The translations under genes were made by a program, and so were the position numbers. A DNA stretch of 64,000 bases from the human T2T-CHM13v2.0 reference genome, Homo sapiens, in assembly GCF_009914755.1 (NCBI RefSeq), contig NC_060939.1; one strand, written 5' to 3'. Under the pieces are notes generated by a model. That model searched no databases and was not told the origin of the DNA. It saw only the letters and a program-made list of their open reading frames with translations. Below are positions 29,871 through 43,511 of the stretch, in pieces. Positions within the stretch are counted from its first letter, which is position 1, and every line of letters begins with the position of its first letter.

Positions 29871-31234
29871 AAACTGTACACAGAAATACCCTATGATATA
29901 GTAGTTGTATTCCTAGGAGTATACTTACCAGAAATGTATAATTATATGCCCCCAAAACCATGCACAATAATGTTCTTACTGGGAATAATTCAAATCTCCA
30001 TCAAAATACAAATGTAGAGTAGTCTTCCAGTCATACAATGGCAAATTATCAGCAATGAATATTGACAGATCACTGCTACATTCGACAATGTGGGTAAATA
30101 TCACAAACACCCTTGAAGAAGCCAGACACAAAAGAATACCTACTATATATATGTAATTACATTGTTATATATAATTCCATTTGTGTAAACTTCAAAAACA
30201 GACAAAACTAATCTATGGTTTTAGAAGTCAGAATACTGATTACTTTTGGAGAAGGGCAGAATCGTTACCGAATGTTGCACAGCCCGGCTTCTGGTGTGTT
30301 TATGTTCAGTTTCTTAATCTGGGTGGTAGTTACAATTCAAGCTGTATTGTTCATGTGTGCCACATGAGATCATCTCTTTTTTTACTGTTTACAGATTATA
30401 ACTCATAATGTGCAAAAACATATTTGGAAAATTTTGTTTTGAGCCCTGTCCCATAATTGAAAGCATTTATTTTTCAGATAGGGAAAGCAGATTTTGAGAA
30501 ATAGTTGGAGAGATATATATAAATACAGTCATACCTGTCTGACTTCTGTTATTTTTTTAAGAAGTTATAGCTATAGGAAATGCCATAGTGAGTGTTAATG
30601 TAGAAAAGGTTGTAAGTTCATTTTTCATCTGTTAAATGTTTCAGATTTATTGTCTTATCATTAACTCCTGGAGTTTCTACACATGCAGTGACGTGAATTA
30701 GCCCATCATGTATTTCCTGTCATCTCAGATTGTTGATAACACTTAAAATGGGTCATGAGGGTTTTTTAAAACAGAAACTTTTCCTTTTTCTCTTCAAACA
30801 GTTACAACAGTCTGTGATACACATGTCTCCCGTGCCACCAAAAAGAAATTTTTCCATTTGTATTTTTGTGGAACAAATGGATAAATTCTAAATTGGCTAC
30901 CCCTTTGACATTGTAAATACCTATAACTAATCTACCACTTAAGTTTTAAACCTCACTGTCTTTCCTTAAGCCACAGCCTATGTCACTCTACTTCTTTGAC
31001 TCTTCTGCTCTACTCTTATCCCTGGCCACATTAAGACATTGATCTCCCCTTTTCTCTCAGTCTTTGTGATTTCACTTCCCTTTACTTCATGATCAGTTAC
31101 AATATTCTGCTGTCATTCATTAGAACTCTTAGTTCTCTTGGCTTCGGGATAAAAAGCAAATTCCTTATGTCATACATACAGAGTACATCCAGATCCTTCA
31201 TAGTTGGCTTTTTCAGCGTTAACTGGAGAGGCAC

Positions 31235-31388
31235 CACAGAGGAGTGATTGAGAGCAATCTTGCCCCAGTGCGCCTGGATTCCAGTCTCAGCTCTGTCTCT
31301 TAGCTTTGTGAACTTGGCCAAGTTAATTAATTTACCTATGTCTTTGTTTCTTTTATCAGTTGAATGGGTTGTTTTAAGGATTAAACTC
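31235..31388. mobile_element. MIR (target of the FKBP1A retrocopy insertion)
   Basis: cctggattccagtctcagctctg...gtgaacttggccaagtta...gttgttttaaggattaaa. Confidence 0.6.
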
Positions 31389-32945
31389 TTTTTTTTTTAG
31401 AAGAGCCAGCATAAAGCACTTTTATTGTAATAATAAAATTGGAAACTCATATGTGATGTTGTGGGGAGAGGGGCAACAATTTCTGTCACCAGTTCACTAC
31501 ACAGGACATCAAAGGAGTGACAAGGGACTGAAGAAGGAAAAGCCAGGAAACGTTGAGATCAGCAGAGAGAGTCAAGTGGCAGAAAACAGGAGATGTTGAA
31601 GCTGCGATGACCAGCATCATTTGCTTAACATTCAAGGATTTGTCATGATAGCTGGGCTTTCATTGGGTGGTTAAGTCTACAAACAACACCTTTAATTTAT
31701 ACTTTCAATTAAAGTTCTTAAAATTAAGGAAGTGGTGGAGCTTGGAAAGTTATGAGATTACAAAATTTCTGAAAGTCCATTAGAAAAGCCACAGGATGGG
31801 GCAGAGGAAATAAGCCAGGCCACCAAGAAGGCTTCAGAGGTCCCCGCTGGCCCAGGGACAGATACCTGTAGCATCCAACATCGCAGTGAAAATGATCTGC
31901 TTTCAAAAGGCAGAGGATTTCAGGGGAGGGTAGAGTGGAACTGATGGAGGCAAAGGCTCCCCATCCCCACCTCAGTTTTTGGTAGGGCTTTTAATTTAAC
32001 CGAAGGACATCTTTCAACTTTGAGAATAATTCAGCCCTCAAGAGTGCGTCAGATCTGCTATGGCTTTGCAGCGCAACAGCAAGAATGTTTAGTATATAAT
32101 AGATTAAAATTTCATCCAAAAAAAATTTAAAATAAAGATTCTTATAACCTCCCCCCACAACACTAAATCCTGTTCTAAAGTTAACCAGTCACTTGTTCTG
32201 TTAATATTTGACCATAGACTTACTTGGAAACTAGATCGAAAAGACTGAAGCTGAATCATCACCCCAAAGTGAAAATGAAATAAACTGAGTAACTTAAGGC
32301 TTATGGCATATAGTTTAAGTAAAATGAGAAGAAAGAGGAAGAGGAAATGGAGGTGCCAGAAGCAAAGCTGAGTGACAGAACGCATTCAGTCAGGGTAGAT
32401 GTTATACAGGTTGTAGTGGATCTACATGTGGAAAAGCTCCATATGGATTTATGTGCATGTGTCTGGAGGCACCAGATCCTTCTGTGGCAGATGTAAGAAC
32501 AGGAAGCCAAGGGAGGAGGCCATTCTTGCCATCCCAGTCTTAGAAGCTCCATGTTGAAGACAAGAGTGGCATGATGCCCTGGTGCCCAGTGGCACTGAAA
32601 GCATAGTCTAGAGATACATTCAGTTTGGCTCTGTGACCCACATTCATCTGGGCAACCCCTACCTCCCACTCCCGGGTCACCTTCTGCTTGCCTAGCACAC
32701 ACTTAAAGGGCTCATTTCTGTCCTTTGAAGAGTCAAATTTCTTTCCATCTTAAAGCATCCCGGCTTCCGGAAGGTATCCAACTCCTGGGGAGATGATCTC
32801 CACCTTCGCTCCCAGGACATCGGCGGATGCCGGTGGGCAGGCAGTGTGGACTGAGAGGGACCTGTCAGTGGTTCCCAGGCTCTGCCTCATCCCTGCTGTC
32901 CATCATCTGCACACATGGGCACCCCCGCACGCCCCGTCCTGCACT
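31389..32945 (-). pseudogene. FKBP1AP2: Full-length processed pseudogene of FKBP1A (FKBP12); CDS remnant 32815-32529
   Basis: Minus strand reads ...KVEIISPG...[46 protein letters not shown]...[13 protein letters not shown]. It is intronless, with ATG>CTG, a premature TAA (32750-32752), two deletions and stop TGA>TGG. It retains a ~1.1 kb 3'UTR, AATAAA (31421-31426, minus) and poly(A) (31389-31398). Degenerate TSD aggattaaactctt / aggagtaaattctt. The specific symbol is from recall. Confidence 0.92.
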
Positions 32946-35900
32946 AGGAGTAAATTCTTAGCACTTTCCCCCTAAATCTGGAATGGAGATGGAGTCCTCT
33001 TTACCAAATTAGTTTTCTGAACATACTGTGCTGTTTGATAGCAGTGTTCCCCTGTGTCCCCTTACTTCCAACTACAATTTCCTGATAGACCCTCAAGATT
33101 AGTTTACTTGACCCCTCTGTGAAGCTTTTCTTAACCATCCCCTCATAATTGGTTTCTTAAAATAGTTCTCTTTTTACCAGTAGTATTTCTTACTGATTTG
33201 TTTATATGTCCTCTTCAACTCCTACTAGACTGGAGTTCTTATCAACAGGAACTGGTCTTACTCATTTTTAAAAATCATAGTAGGTTATTAACGAATGGAA
33301 TGAGTGAATGAAACTTTAAATGGAAATTGTTAAATGTGGCACCAGAATGATTTGATTTGATGTTTGTGGTTACTTTACTATTCATGTTTTCCTTTGCACT
33401 TTGTTTTTCATAGACTTCTAATGTAAAAGAAATGGGATTAAAAGAAAAATCTTCTGAAAGTTATTCTGGAGGAAGATGAACCATTACCTCTACTTTTATG
33501 ATTGAGGTCATAATTGCCACCTTCACATGCATACATGTTTACAAACAATTCATCAGTTTTATTCATTCCCATTTTTGACCTTTTGATACCTTCCATAAGC
33601 CAACATAATATTAAAAAAAATAACTGAAGCCATTAAAGGTGAACTTTCCTCCACATGGCTGCCATCTCTGCTTTAAAAACTCTTACACATTTATTACTGT
33701 CATGATTCAAAGCTAAGTGCATTGACGTCTTTAATCCCAACTCCATGAGATGCTCCACTACTTTGACTTGATACCAGTGTGTCATGCTGTTTCTCTTTTT
33801 ATTTCTTTGCCCGTTCCTTTTGTTTTGCCTTCATGGGCATCTTTTCTTCCACTTGTTGATTAAACTATTAGTGTTCCACCGAGTTCTGTTGTCAGCCTGC
33901 TACTCTTCACACTCTACCTGCTTCTGGTTTCAGGTATAATTTACATACAGTAATGCCCAGATTCCCAGACCAGACCCCTTGTCAAGCTTCAGACATTTGC
34001 AATTGGATGTCCCACAGGTACCTCAGAAATAGCATGTCCAAAATTGAACTTAACATTCTTCTCTCAAAATATTTTTCTTCTTTGATTTTCTGTATCTTGA
34101 TAGTGTCACTGCCTACCTTTTTACCTGTGCTAGAAACATGAAAATCATTCTTGATTATTTCAATCTTTTTAATTTTTTTCCACATTCAGTTCATTAGATT
34201 CTCTTTCTCCTTGCTTTCACTCCCCTGATTCAAGTCCAAGTCATCTCTTACCTATATTACTGCAGTAGTTTCCTAACTGATTTCTCTAGTTCTAACCTGG
34301 TCTCTCCTCAAATCCATTCTTCACAGAGTGGCAAAAGTGATTAAAATTCTTTCATTAAAAACTTGGAAAAATGATTGCAATGATATAAATGGTGCTTACA
34401 AATTAATAAGAACAAGATTAATATCTGTTAAAAAAGGGGGGAGGTGGAAAACATAGTTTGCTTACAGAAATGAGATGAAAATGGCCAGTTGACCTGAAAA
34501 GAGTTCAACCCCACTAATTGTATAAGAAATACAGATTAAAGTAGCCCATTTTTGCGTACTGATTGAATTTTAAAATAATAACCTACTCTTGGCAAAATTA
34601 TATGGGGATTCTCATACACTGCTGGTAGTGGTACAAATTGATGTAACCTTGGAGGGCAGTTTGGTAATTTTATCAAAAGCTTTAAAACTCACACATTCAT
34701 TGACCAGCAGTTCCACATCTGATAATTTGTTTTGATGAAATAAGGATGTGTGCAAAGATTTATGCATGGAAGTATGCATGCAATGATGTATATTTAGTGG
34801 CAAAAATTATAAACCACTTAAATGCCCAAAAATAGGTGATTGGTTAAATAAAACAGCCTACCTATGTATCAGAATACAATGCTTCCTACAAAAATCATGT
34901 TTTAGAAGTTTGTTAAATGGCAAGAGAAAATACTTTGGGTATATTAAATGACGAAAAGTAAGATCCCAAAGCAACATGTGAGAAGTATGATTTGTGCCAC
35001 AAAGTTACATTGTAAATTGCATCAGATCCTTGACTTTCTTATAAAAATTAGCCTCACACCAATTAGGAAGAAGCTTTATGTATCTTCCTCTTGAGGCCTT
35101 CTCCCTGTAATTTTCAGAATACTGGATGTTTACTTATCTTGAAAGGATCATTTTTCTTCTAAGCTCCAAGCAGAGGGAGAACTGGATTCTGAGTCCATTA
35201 ATGAGTGCATGATTGTCATTGCTTCTCAAGGTAACTTAATTTCAAGGGCAACCACTAGCTACTTAAAAACACCATGCAGTTATTTTGCTTGTACTATCAC
35301 TTCTGCCTAGAATGTTCCTCCTTCCACTCCCTTGCCTGGCTTTCCTCAGAAACCTCTGAAACTCTGACTCCTACCTATTCCTATCCCTTGTACCCTTCTT
35401 CCATTAGCTGTGCATTAATTATGCACATGTATTTTATACATTATCTGTCTTGTTTTACGTATCACATTTACATTTTCCCCCCAGTTTTTGTATCCAGTTT
35501 CTACCCTACTAGACTGAGTTCTTTGAGGACAGGACTGGATCTTGTCAATCTTTAGATCCTTAGCACCTAATGCAGTAGTGCCTGATGCTGTGTATTTGAC
35601 CACAACGGATTGCTTAAGAACATATTCTCCGTACTTCTGGATAAGATGTCAGACAGTAAATTATAATCCATTCTTTTATAGTATGCTATCTGTATTCAGA
35701 ATATTTCAGAATTTCACTTTATAAACTTTATATTTTTAAGGTATTACTGTATGTTAGAAAAGTCTTTACAATTGCTTTATAATCCTTTATTGGGGCCTGA
35801 ATCATTTTGGATTGGTTTGCAGTTCTTCTTAGATTTTTATTGCATCAGTGGTCATGTTAGCTTTGAGATAAATTCCACATTTTACAAGCTTGAAATAATT

Positions 35901-37109
35901 TCCTAATAGTTATGTAAATTTATTCTGAACCACAGTAGCCTCATTTCCATGGTAACTAACCACCTTCAGAAGAGAACTTTCAGATATTCTAGAAAAGACC
36001 AGAAATATCCATGTGAAATAAAATGAACTAATGATGTAAAGTTAGAACTCAGATTTATGTGGAGTACAGATGCATGATATTGGACCCTGAAAATGTTGCA
36101 GATAGAAGAGCCGTTCAAAGACCTGAAGATTCTGCCTGTTTGCTGTTTGTACATCAGGCAAAATGCAACCTAAGAAAAACTCAGCTGTATTGTGATTTTT
36201 GTTACTAAAATGACCCCAATGAGGAAGCTTTGTGGGACAAATAAGCAAAATTCATGGTGCAGAAATGGATTTGTGGTGCCACTAAGAGATTAACATTGTG
36301 CTTCACAGAAGGAATGTGGTCTCATGAAAGGATATATGGTTTTTGGAAGCATATCCCTGATTTCGAGCCTCTGGCAATGTGATCTTGGGCAAATTAATTT
36401 ATTTACTTGAACCTCATTCTTCCTATTTGTAAAGTAGGGATAAGAGTCCTTCTTTGTGGTGGTGTTGTGAGGAATATCCTTGATACAGTGCCTGGTACAT
36501 TATAGGCATTCAGTAAATGTACCTCAGCTAATGTTCCCAGGGCTCAGAGAATCTTTCCTTTGTAAGACTCCTTCACTTGATTCTGTTGTCTTTGATTTCT
36601 TTTTTGCCTTCTAAAGGATTCTGTTTCCTCCTTAGATTATTTAAATTGACATCTCAGATAACTTTCTGTTTGCTTTTGTTCCATGCCACCAGCCATCCAT
36701 CAGATGGCACCATGTTTTGTGGTCTTTGAGCCAAGCCAGTCACACCCCATTCCTCATGCCCAGTCTAGCTTCTTAGGCTTTCTCACCTAAGTCTGTGCTT
36801 GCTGGGCTCCTGCCTATCTAGGACAACATGACAAAATACTAGTAAATATTCTTCATTCTTTATTTAAAGAGCATAACAATTGATAATACGAGGACAAAGT
36901 CATGTCCCTTCCAGCCCAGAAGTAAGTGAAAAGATTTGACTATCATTGTTGGCATTACTCTGCTTCTTAGGTTATCTGTCTTGATCTCAGAATTTCAAGC
37001 ATTCCTTAATAATTAGCCCACTCTGGGTCTCTTATTTATTAATTTTAACTATCTTTTCTTGGATATATATTCTTTTATTGTATATATTCAGTTTTATTGG
37101 TGGAATGCC

Positions 37110-37404
<295 letters not shown>

Positions 37405-38329
37405 AAATGTTTTTCATGTAGTATTTACTACCTTATTTTTATTGAACCATATTTCTTCTGCCTTAAAGGGGTATCATCAAATCTACAAGCTTTGGTTAAG
37501 AGAACCATGACAGGAAGAATCTTAGTAATTTTAATTATATTGTCAGTAAGCTTCTTGTATTAAATATATTGAATCTCTTAAACTTCATTTAAGAAATTCC
37601 CATTCTCCTCTTCAATTTTAGTTAGGTTCCCCTTTCTTCATTAAAGAGATGATAGAATTAGGAACAGCAGGAAAAGTGGAGCAGTTTTATAATTTTTTTA
37701 AATGCCCCCTTTCTTGCTAAAAATCAAACTAAAGAGCTCCAAAGTGGGCAGTGGAAAGATAATGTCCTAGTGAAAAGAATATCTAAAACAGGTTTCTTCA
37801 TTTTGTATTTCTTCCCCCGCTACCTATTTCTACCCCTAACTGTTAAGGGTGTATTGATGGCACTTTCATATAAACCCAGTTTACACACAGGAATGGGGTC
37901 TTACCCCATCAGGTCCCCACAGGAGCATTTTATATCAGAGCAGCACAGTTACCCTCAGTTTATCTGAAAGTTACATGCATTGAATGGTGATTTAAATTCT
38001 GAGAATAACTGACAAAAAGCTAAATGAATCTAAATTATTCTACTTTTTCCCAGTCCCTATTGTAATGATAACCAAGATTTCTTTGGTCTTTTTTGGCCAG
38101 AGAAGTCTCTTAGGTTGAAATCATATCAGTGGTTTTCAAACTTGTTTTTTTTTTTTTGGCCAGGGAACTCAAGCAAAATCATAATTGGAAGTGAGATATT
38201 TAAAATAGATAAACATGGAACTACTCAGATGGAAGCAGGGCAGGGTAGGAATAGTTGCCACACCCAGACCCTCCATTCCTTGTTTAGATTTTTTTCTTGT
38301 TGATGATTTCAAATACAGAGTTTTGTCCA

Positions 38330-38667
<338 letters not shown>

Positions 38668-38989
38668 CTATTTATTCTGTATCTACTGCAAATAGGCAGA
38701 AGGCAGAATCCAGTATCACTGGAGATACAATGACATATAGGGCACATTCTCATCTTCAAGGATACAGTAGGTGATACAGAGAAGTAGTTAGACATTTCTG
38801 TCCCAGGATGATAAAAACTATAAGATTACGTGTCAACTATGTCTTTGAGACTTATTCTTGTCCGGGTGATTTCAGTGATTCTTGTGCAGAAAGTAGAAGG
38901 AAAAAAAAAGATACGATATTTTTAACAGATAAATTTATTCTTTGAATTCTTAACATCACATTATGAATTAGAAATGATAGTACATCTAA

Positions 38990-39350
38990 ACATTTTTAAA
39001 ATATTTAAGAAATTTTTAAATTACTACATAATATTTGTACATATTTGTGGGATACATGTGATATTTTGATACATGCATTCAGTATTTAATGATAAAAATC
39101 AGGATATTTGGGATTTCTATCATCTCAAACATTGATCATTTCCTTTTGTTGGGAACATTTCAAATCTTCTAGTTATTTTGAAATATATAGTATGTTATTG
39201 TTAATTATAGTCACCTTATTGTTGCTATCAAACACAGAAACTTATTTCTTCTATCAACTGTAGGTTTGTACCCATTTACCAACCTTCTTCATCCCCTCTC
39301 ACCTTGATCTCTTGCCCAGCACACACACCTTTCCCAGCTCCTGGAACCTG
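38990..39350 (-). mobile_element. L1MA-like 3' end fragment
   Basis: tgtacatatttgtgggatacatgtgatattttgatacatgcat...ttaattatagtcacc. Confidence 0.7.
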
Positions 39351-40744
39351 TGAAAGATCTAATTCAGTAATGATCACAGACCTAAATAGTTTGTAGTTTC
39401 AAAGCAGAATTTACATGGACTGAATTTGACTTGTGAACTTTGAAATCCTGAGAAATGGGTCAGATGGTTGTTCTGTGCCATTTTCAAAACCAAATCATTT
39501 TGTAAGATCCTGCTGTCTGCCATCCTTTTTAAATCATGTTTTACATAGTATTTTTTTAAAAGAACTATTTTTCAGAATACAGTGCTTTTCTCCTTTTTAA
39601 AAAATCTTAATCATAGTAATTTCCCAATAAGAAAGCAAAGGTGGTAAAGAATACTTTTTCCTAAGGAAAAAATATTTTATAATTGTTTTCAACATTTTTT
39701 TGTGTTAGACATTTTTCATAATAAAAAGCTGAAGGAATTTTACAGCAAATACCCACCACCTTCAGTCTTCAGTTGACATTTTACTGTAATGCTGTATCAA
39801 ATATCTATCATTATATTAATCAATCTAAATTTTTTGTTACATTTCAGAGTAAGTTGCAGACATACCCAGATCCTTAAGCATTCATATCATTAGCTAAGCT
39901 TTAATATTTTGTTTGCAGTTTTTTTCTCTTTCGAGGTAAAATTTATATACAGTGTAATGCACAAATCTTAGATGTGCTGTTTATGTGTTCCAGCAAATAA
40001 CACATTACTATACAACCAAAACCCATATTAAAATATAAAATATTACCACCACTGCAGAAAGTTTCCACATTCCTCTTCTCAGTAAATCCTCTGCTTACTA
40101 CCCCAGAGGGTCTATTCTTTTGTTTTTTATTCCCCACTATAAATTAGTTTTGTCTGTCCTAAAGCTTCTTATAAAAGTAATCATGTTGTCTGTGTTTGTT
40201 TGTTTAAGGCTTCTTTCACAAAGCATAACGTATTTGAGGTCCATCCATGTTGCTGCTTGTATTAGAAACCTGTTCTTCTTTGTTAATGAGTAGTATTTCT
40301 GAGTAGTGTATGCCAGGCCTTTTCCCAGAGTGGTCATACCAGTTCACATTCCTACCAACAGTGTATGTGAGTTCTGGTTGCTCCACATTCTGACCCACAT
40401 TTAGTGGTGTCAGTCATTTTAACTTTAGTCATCCTGGTAGGTGTATAGTAGCATTTCTATATGGTTTTAATATGCATTTTCCTGATGAGTAGTGATGTTG
40501 AATACTTTACGATTGCATATTGGCTGTTCTGGCATCTTCCTTTGTGAGGTATTTTCTAAACAGTGTTGATTTCCTGGGTAGATGGTACATGTTATAGACA
40601 TATTAAAACTAATTCTTAAAGTGTTCTGTCAGGAAACTGTCTACTTATTGATACCTGAAAATAGTGGACAATAAAAAAAATTGATATAATTTCAAGCCTG
40701 TTTTACATGTCTTTAGAAATAGTTGATTTTAGCTATTATTTATT

Positions 40745-41101
40745 TGTGAGTTTGTTCTCACACTGCTATGAAGGAATACCCAAGACTCGGTAATTTATGA
40801 AGGAAAGAGGTTTAATTGACTCACAGTTCTGCAGGGCTAGGGAGGCCTCGGGAAACTTAGAATCATAGTGGAAGGGGAAGCAAACATGTCCTTCTTCACA
40901 TGGTGGCAGGAAGGAGAAGTGCCAAGCAAACCCTTATAAAACTATCAGATCTCGTGAGAACTCACTATCATGAGAACAGCATGGAAGTAACCACCCCCAT
41001 GATTCAGTTACCTCCCACAGGGTCTCTCCCACAACATGTGGGGATTATGGAAACTGTAAGTCAAGATGAGATTTGGGTGGGGACACAGCCAAACCATATC
41101 A
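40745..41101 (-). mobile_element. THE1-family MaLR solo LTR
   Basis: aaagaggtttaattgactcacagttc...gagatttgggtggggacacagccaaaccatatca. Confidence 0.88.
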
Positions 41102-41295
41102 GCTTCTATTTTGATTATTTTGGGATTTGAACATTTTCTCCATGTAACCATTTGAAATTCTCTTGAAGAAGCAAAAGAACAATCTCATGTGCTGTGAAAT
41201 ACCTGTTATTTATAAATGGATTCTAAATATTTTTGGCCACATAAACTACTGGTTCAGAATATCTGTGCCTTTAGTAAATAATTGAATTTGCCTAT

Positions 41296-42639
41296 TGTAT
41301 TAGTCAGGGTTATCCAAAGAAACAGAGCCAATAGGAAGCATAAGTTTTCCATATAAATAAATAAATACATAAATACATGTATGTGTGGTGTTATGAAATA
41401 TGTATACATATATTGGTTTTCATCCCCAGTTCCTGGCGCATATCTCCCATAGCCTTTGTTACAGTCTTCTCTTATGTTGGGTATGTTAGGCCTCAGGGGC
41501 AGGCCTTAGGAAACAGAATCTCTCTGATCTTCTCCTGCCCTCCTTTCACCTGCCCCAAGGCTCTAATCTTCCCCAGCCTTTCTGATGGTGGGTTTTAGGA
41601 CCCTTCCCAAAGAGGGGCCCACCTCATATGCTGGAGGAAAGAATACTGACATCATGAAGCTTTCATAAAAACTCGGGAGGAGTGGGTTCAGAGAGCTTCT
41701 GGATAGCTGAAAACATGGACGCTCCTAGAGGGTGGTACCCCAGGGAGGACATGGAAGCTCTGCGCCCCTTTCTCCCTACCTCACCCTACACATTTCCTCA
41801 TTGTATCAATGTCCTTTATATTAAACCAGCAAATGTTAAGAAAGTGTTTCTCTGAGTTCTGTGAGCCGCTCCAGCAAATTAATTGAACCCAGAGAGGGAG
41901 TCCTGGGAACCTCCACTTGAAACACATTGGTCAGAGGTTCTGGAGGACTAGGCTTGTAACCGGTTGGGGGTGGGAGGAATTCTGGGGAGTGAGCCCTCAT
42001 CATGTGCAATCTAATGCTGTCTGCAGGTAGATAGTGTTGGAATTGAATTGGAGAATACCCAGCTGGTGTCCACTGCTAGGTGTGTGGGGGGGAAACTCCC
42101 ACATAATTTGGTCACAGAAGCGTTCTTCTGTGTTGATGATTGTGGTGGTGTGAGAGTAGAAAAAAAATGCAGCTTGAGAGGGTGTTTTTGAAACTGTGGG
42201 TGTATGTTTAGAGAAAGAGAGAAGAGACTTTTATTATAAAGTATTGGTTCACGTGATTATGGAGGCTGAGAAGTCCCATGTTCTGCTGTTTCTGGAGACC
42301 TGAGAAAGCCAGCAGTATAGTTTGAAGGCCTGAGAGCTGGAGAGTCAGTGGTTTAAATTCTGCTGTGAGTCTGAAGGCCTGAGAACCAGGAGTGCTGAGG
42401 GTAGGAGAAGATCAGTGTCCCAACTGGAACAGGCAGAAAACAATTTCAGCCTTTTTGTTTCTCATTGGACTGGATGATGCCAACACACATTGAGTGCCAT
42501 CTGCTGTAACTCAGTCCACAGATCCAAATGCTTTTCTCTTCTGGAAACACCCTCACAGAGAGGCACAGAAATAGTGAGTAACCAGATATCTAGGCATGCC
42601 ATGGCCCAGTCAAGTTGACACATAAAATTTACTGTCACA
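41296..42639 (-). mobile_element. MLT2 (ERVL) LTR interrupted by a MER21-like LTR (~41388-42195, + strand)
   Basis: tgtattagtcagggtt...agaaacagagccaatagga at the left; resumes gtattggttcacgtgattatggaggctgagaagtccca...cagtcaagttgacacataaaatt. The insert begins tgttatgaaatatgtatacatatattggtttt. Confidence 0.75.
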
Positions 42640-43511
42640 CATAGTATACTCGTCTTCATCTAATTACAAATAGTTTAAAAATCTAATTACAAAATCTAAT
42701 CACTGCATTGGCAAAACACCATTTCTCCCCAAAACCCTGGAGAAATCTTCCCATGCTTATGAGGTGTAAATTATTTGTGAAGCATTGGCCCTACCTGAAA
42801 TCTGGGTCAAAGGGAACTACAGATCTAGAGCATATCACACCAGTGTGTTAAAGTGAAAAAATAATGTAAGCAAGTTATATTGGCGAAAGTCGTTATTGTC
42901 AGCCCCTTATTCTGGGATTGTAATGGTTGATTTCCAATGATTACGTAATATAATTATACTTTAAATGTAAATAATGCTTTATATTATTGAGGGTCTAAAG
43001 GGATTTAATAGATAAAGTGCACGTTACAATACCTGACTTACATCTGATACTGAACAAAATTTAGTTCTCTCTTGTAAAACCCTATGTAGAGGTATTGTTA
43101 TTAGTCCACTGACTGATAAAGCTTCTGAAAGCCTCCGAATTATATTTTCCTCTTTAAACCTTATCAAAAATAGTTGTTCCATTTTAAAATACTGCAAGAG
43201 TTAGGGTAGTAGAATTATGAGGCATTTTGACTTGCCAAGAAATTTAATTATAGTAGAAATAATATCAAGCAATTTTTATTTTATTTCCAAGGTATAATTT
43301 ATACTGTGTCACATTTACATTATATGGATATACCTGACAAATTTTTAAAATATCTTTCATATTAACAAGAAAGTATTTTCACATATATTAGGTCTTATGT
43401 CCTTTTAAGGAAAATTGATTTCCCTAAGATTACAAAACACATTTGGAGGCAAAGCCCAGATTAAAAGCTCAGGACTTCTGATTCCTAGTCTAGTATTCTT
43501 TAAAAAAAAAA

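Noticed and set aside
35943-35956. Isolated X-box-like motif atttccatggtaac
   Set aside because: A single imperfect motif with no supporting cluster; it could occur by chance in 64 kb.
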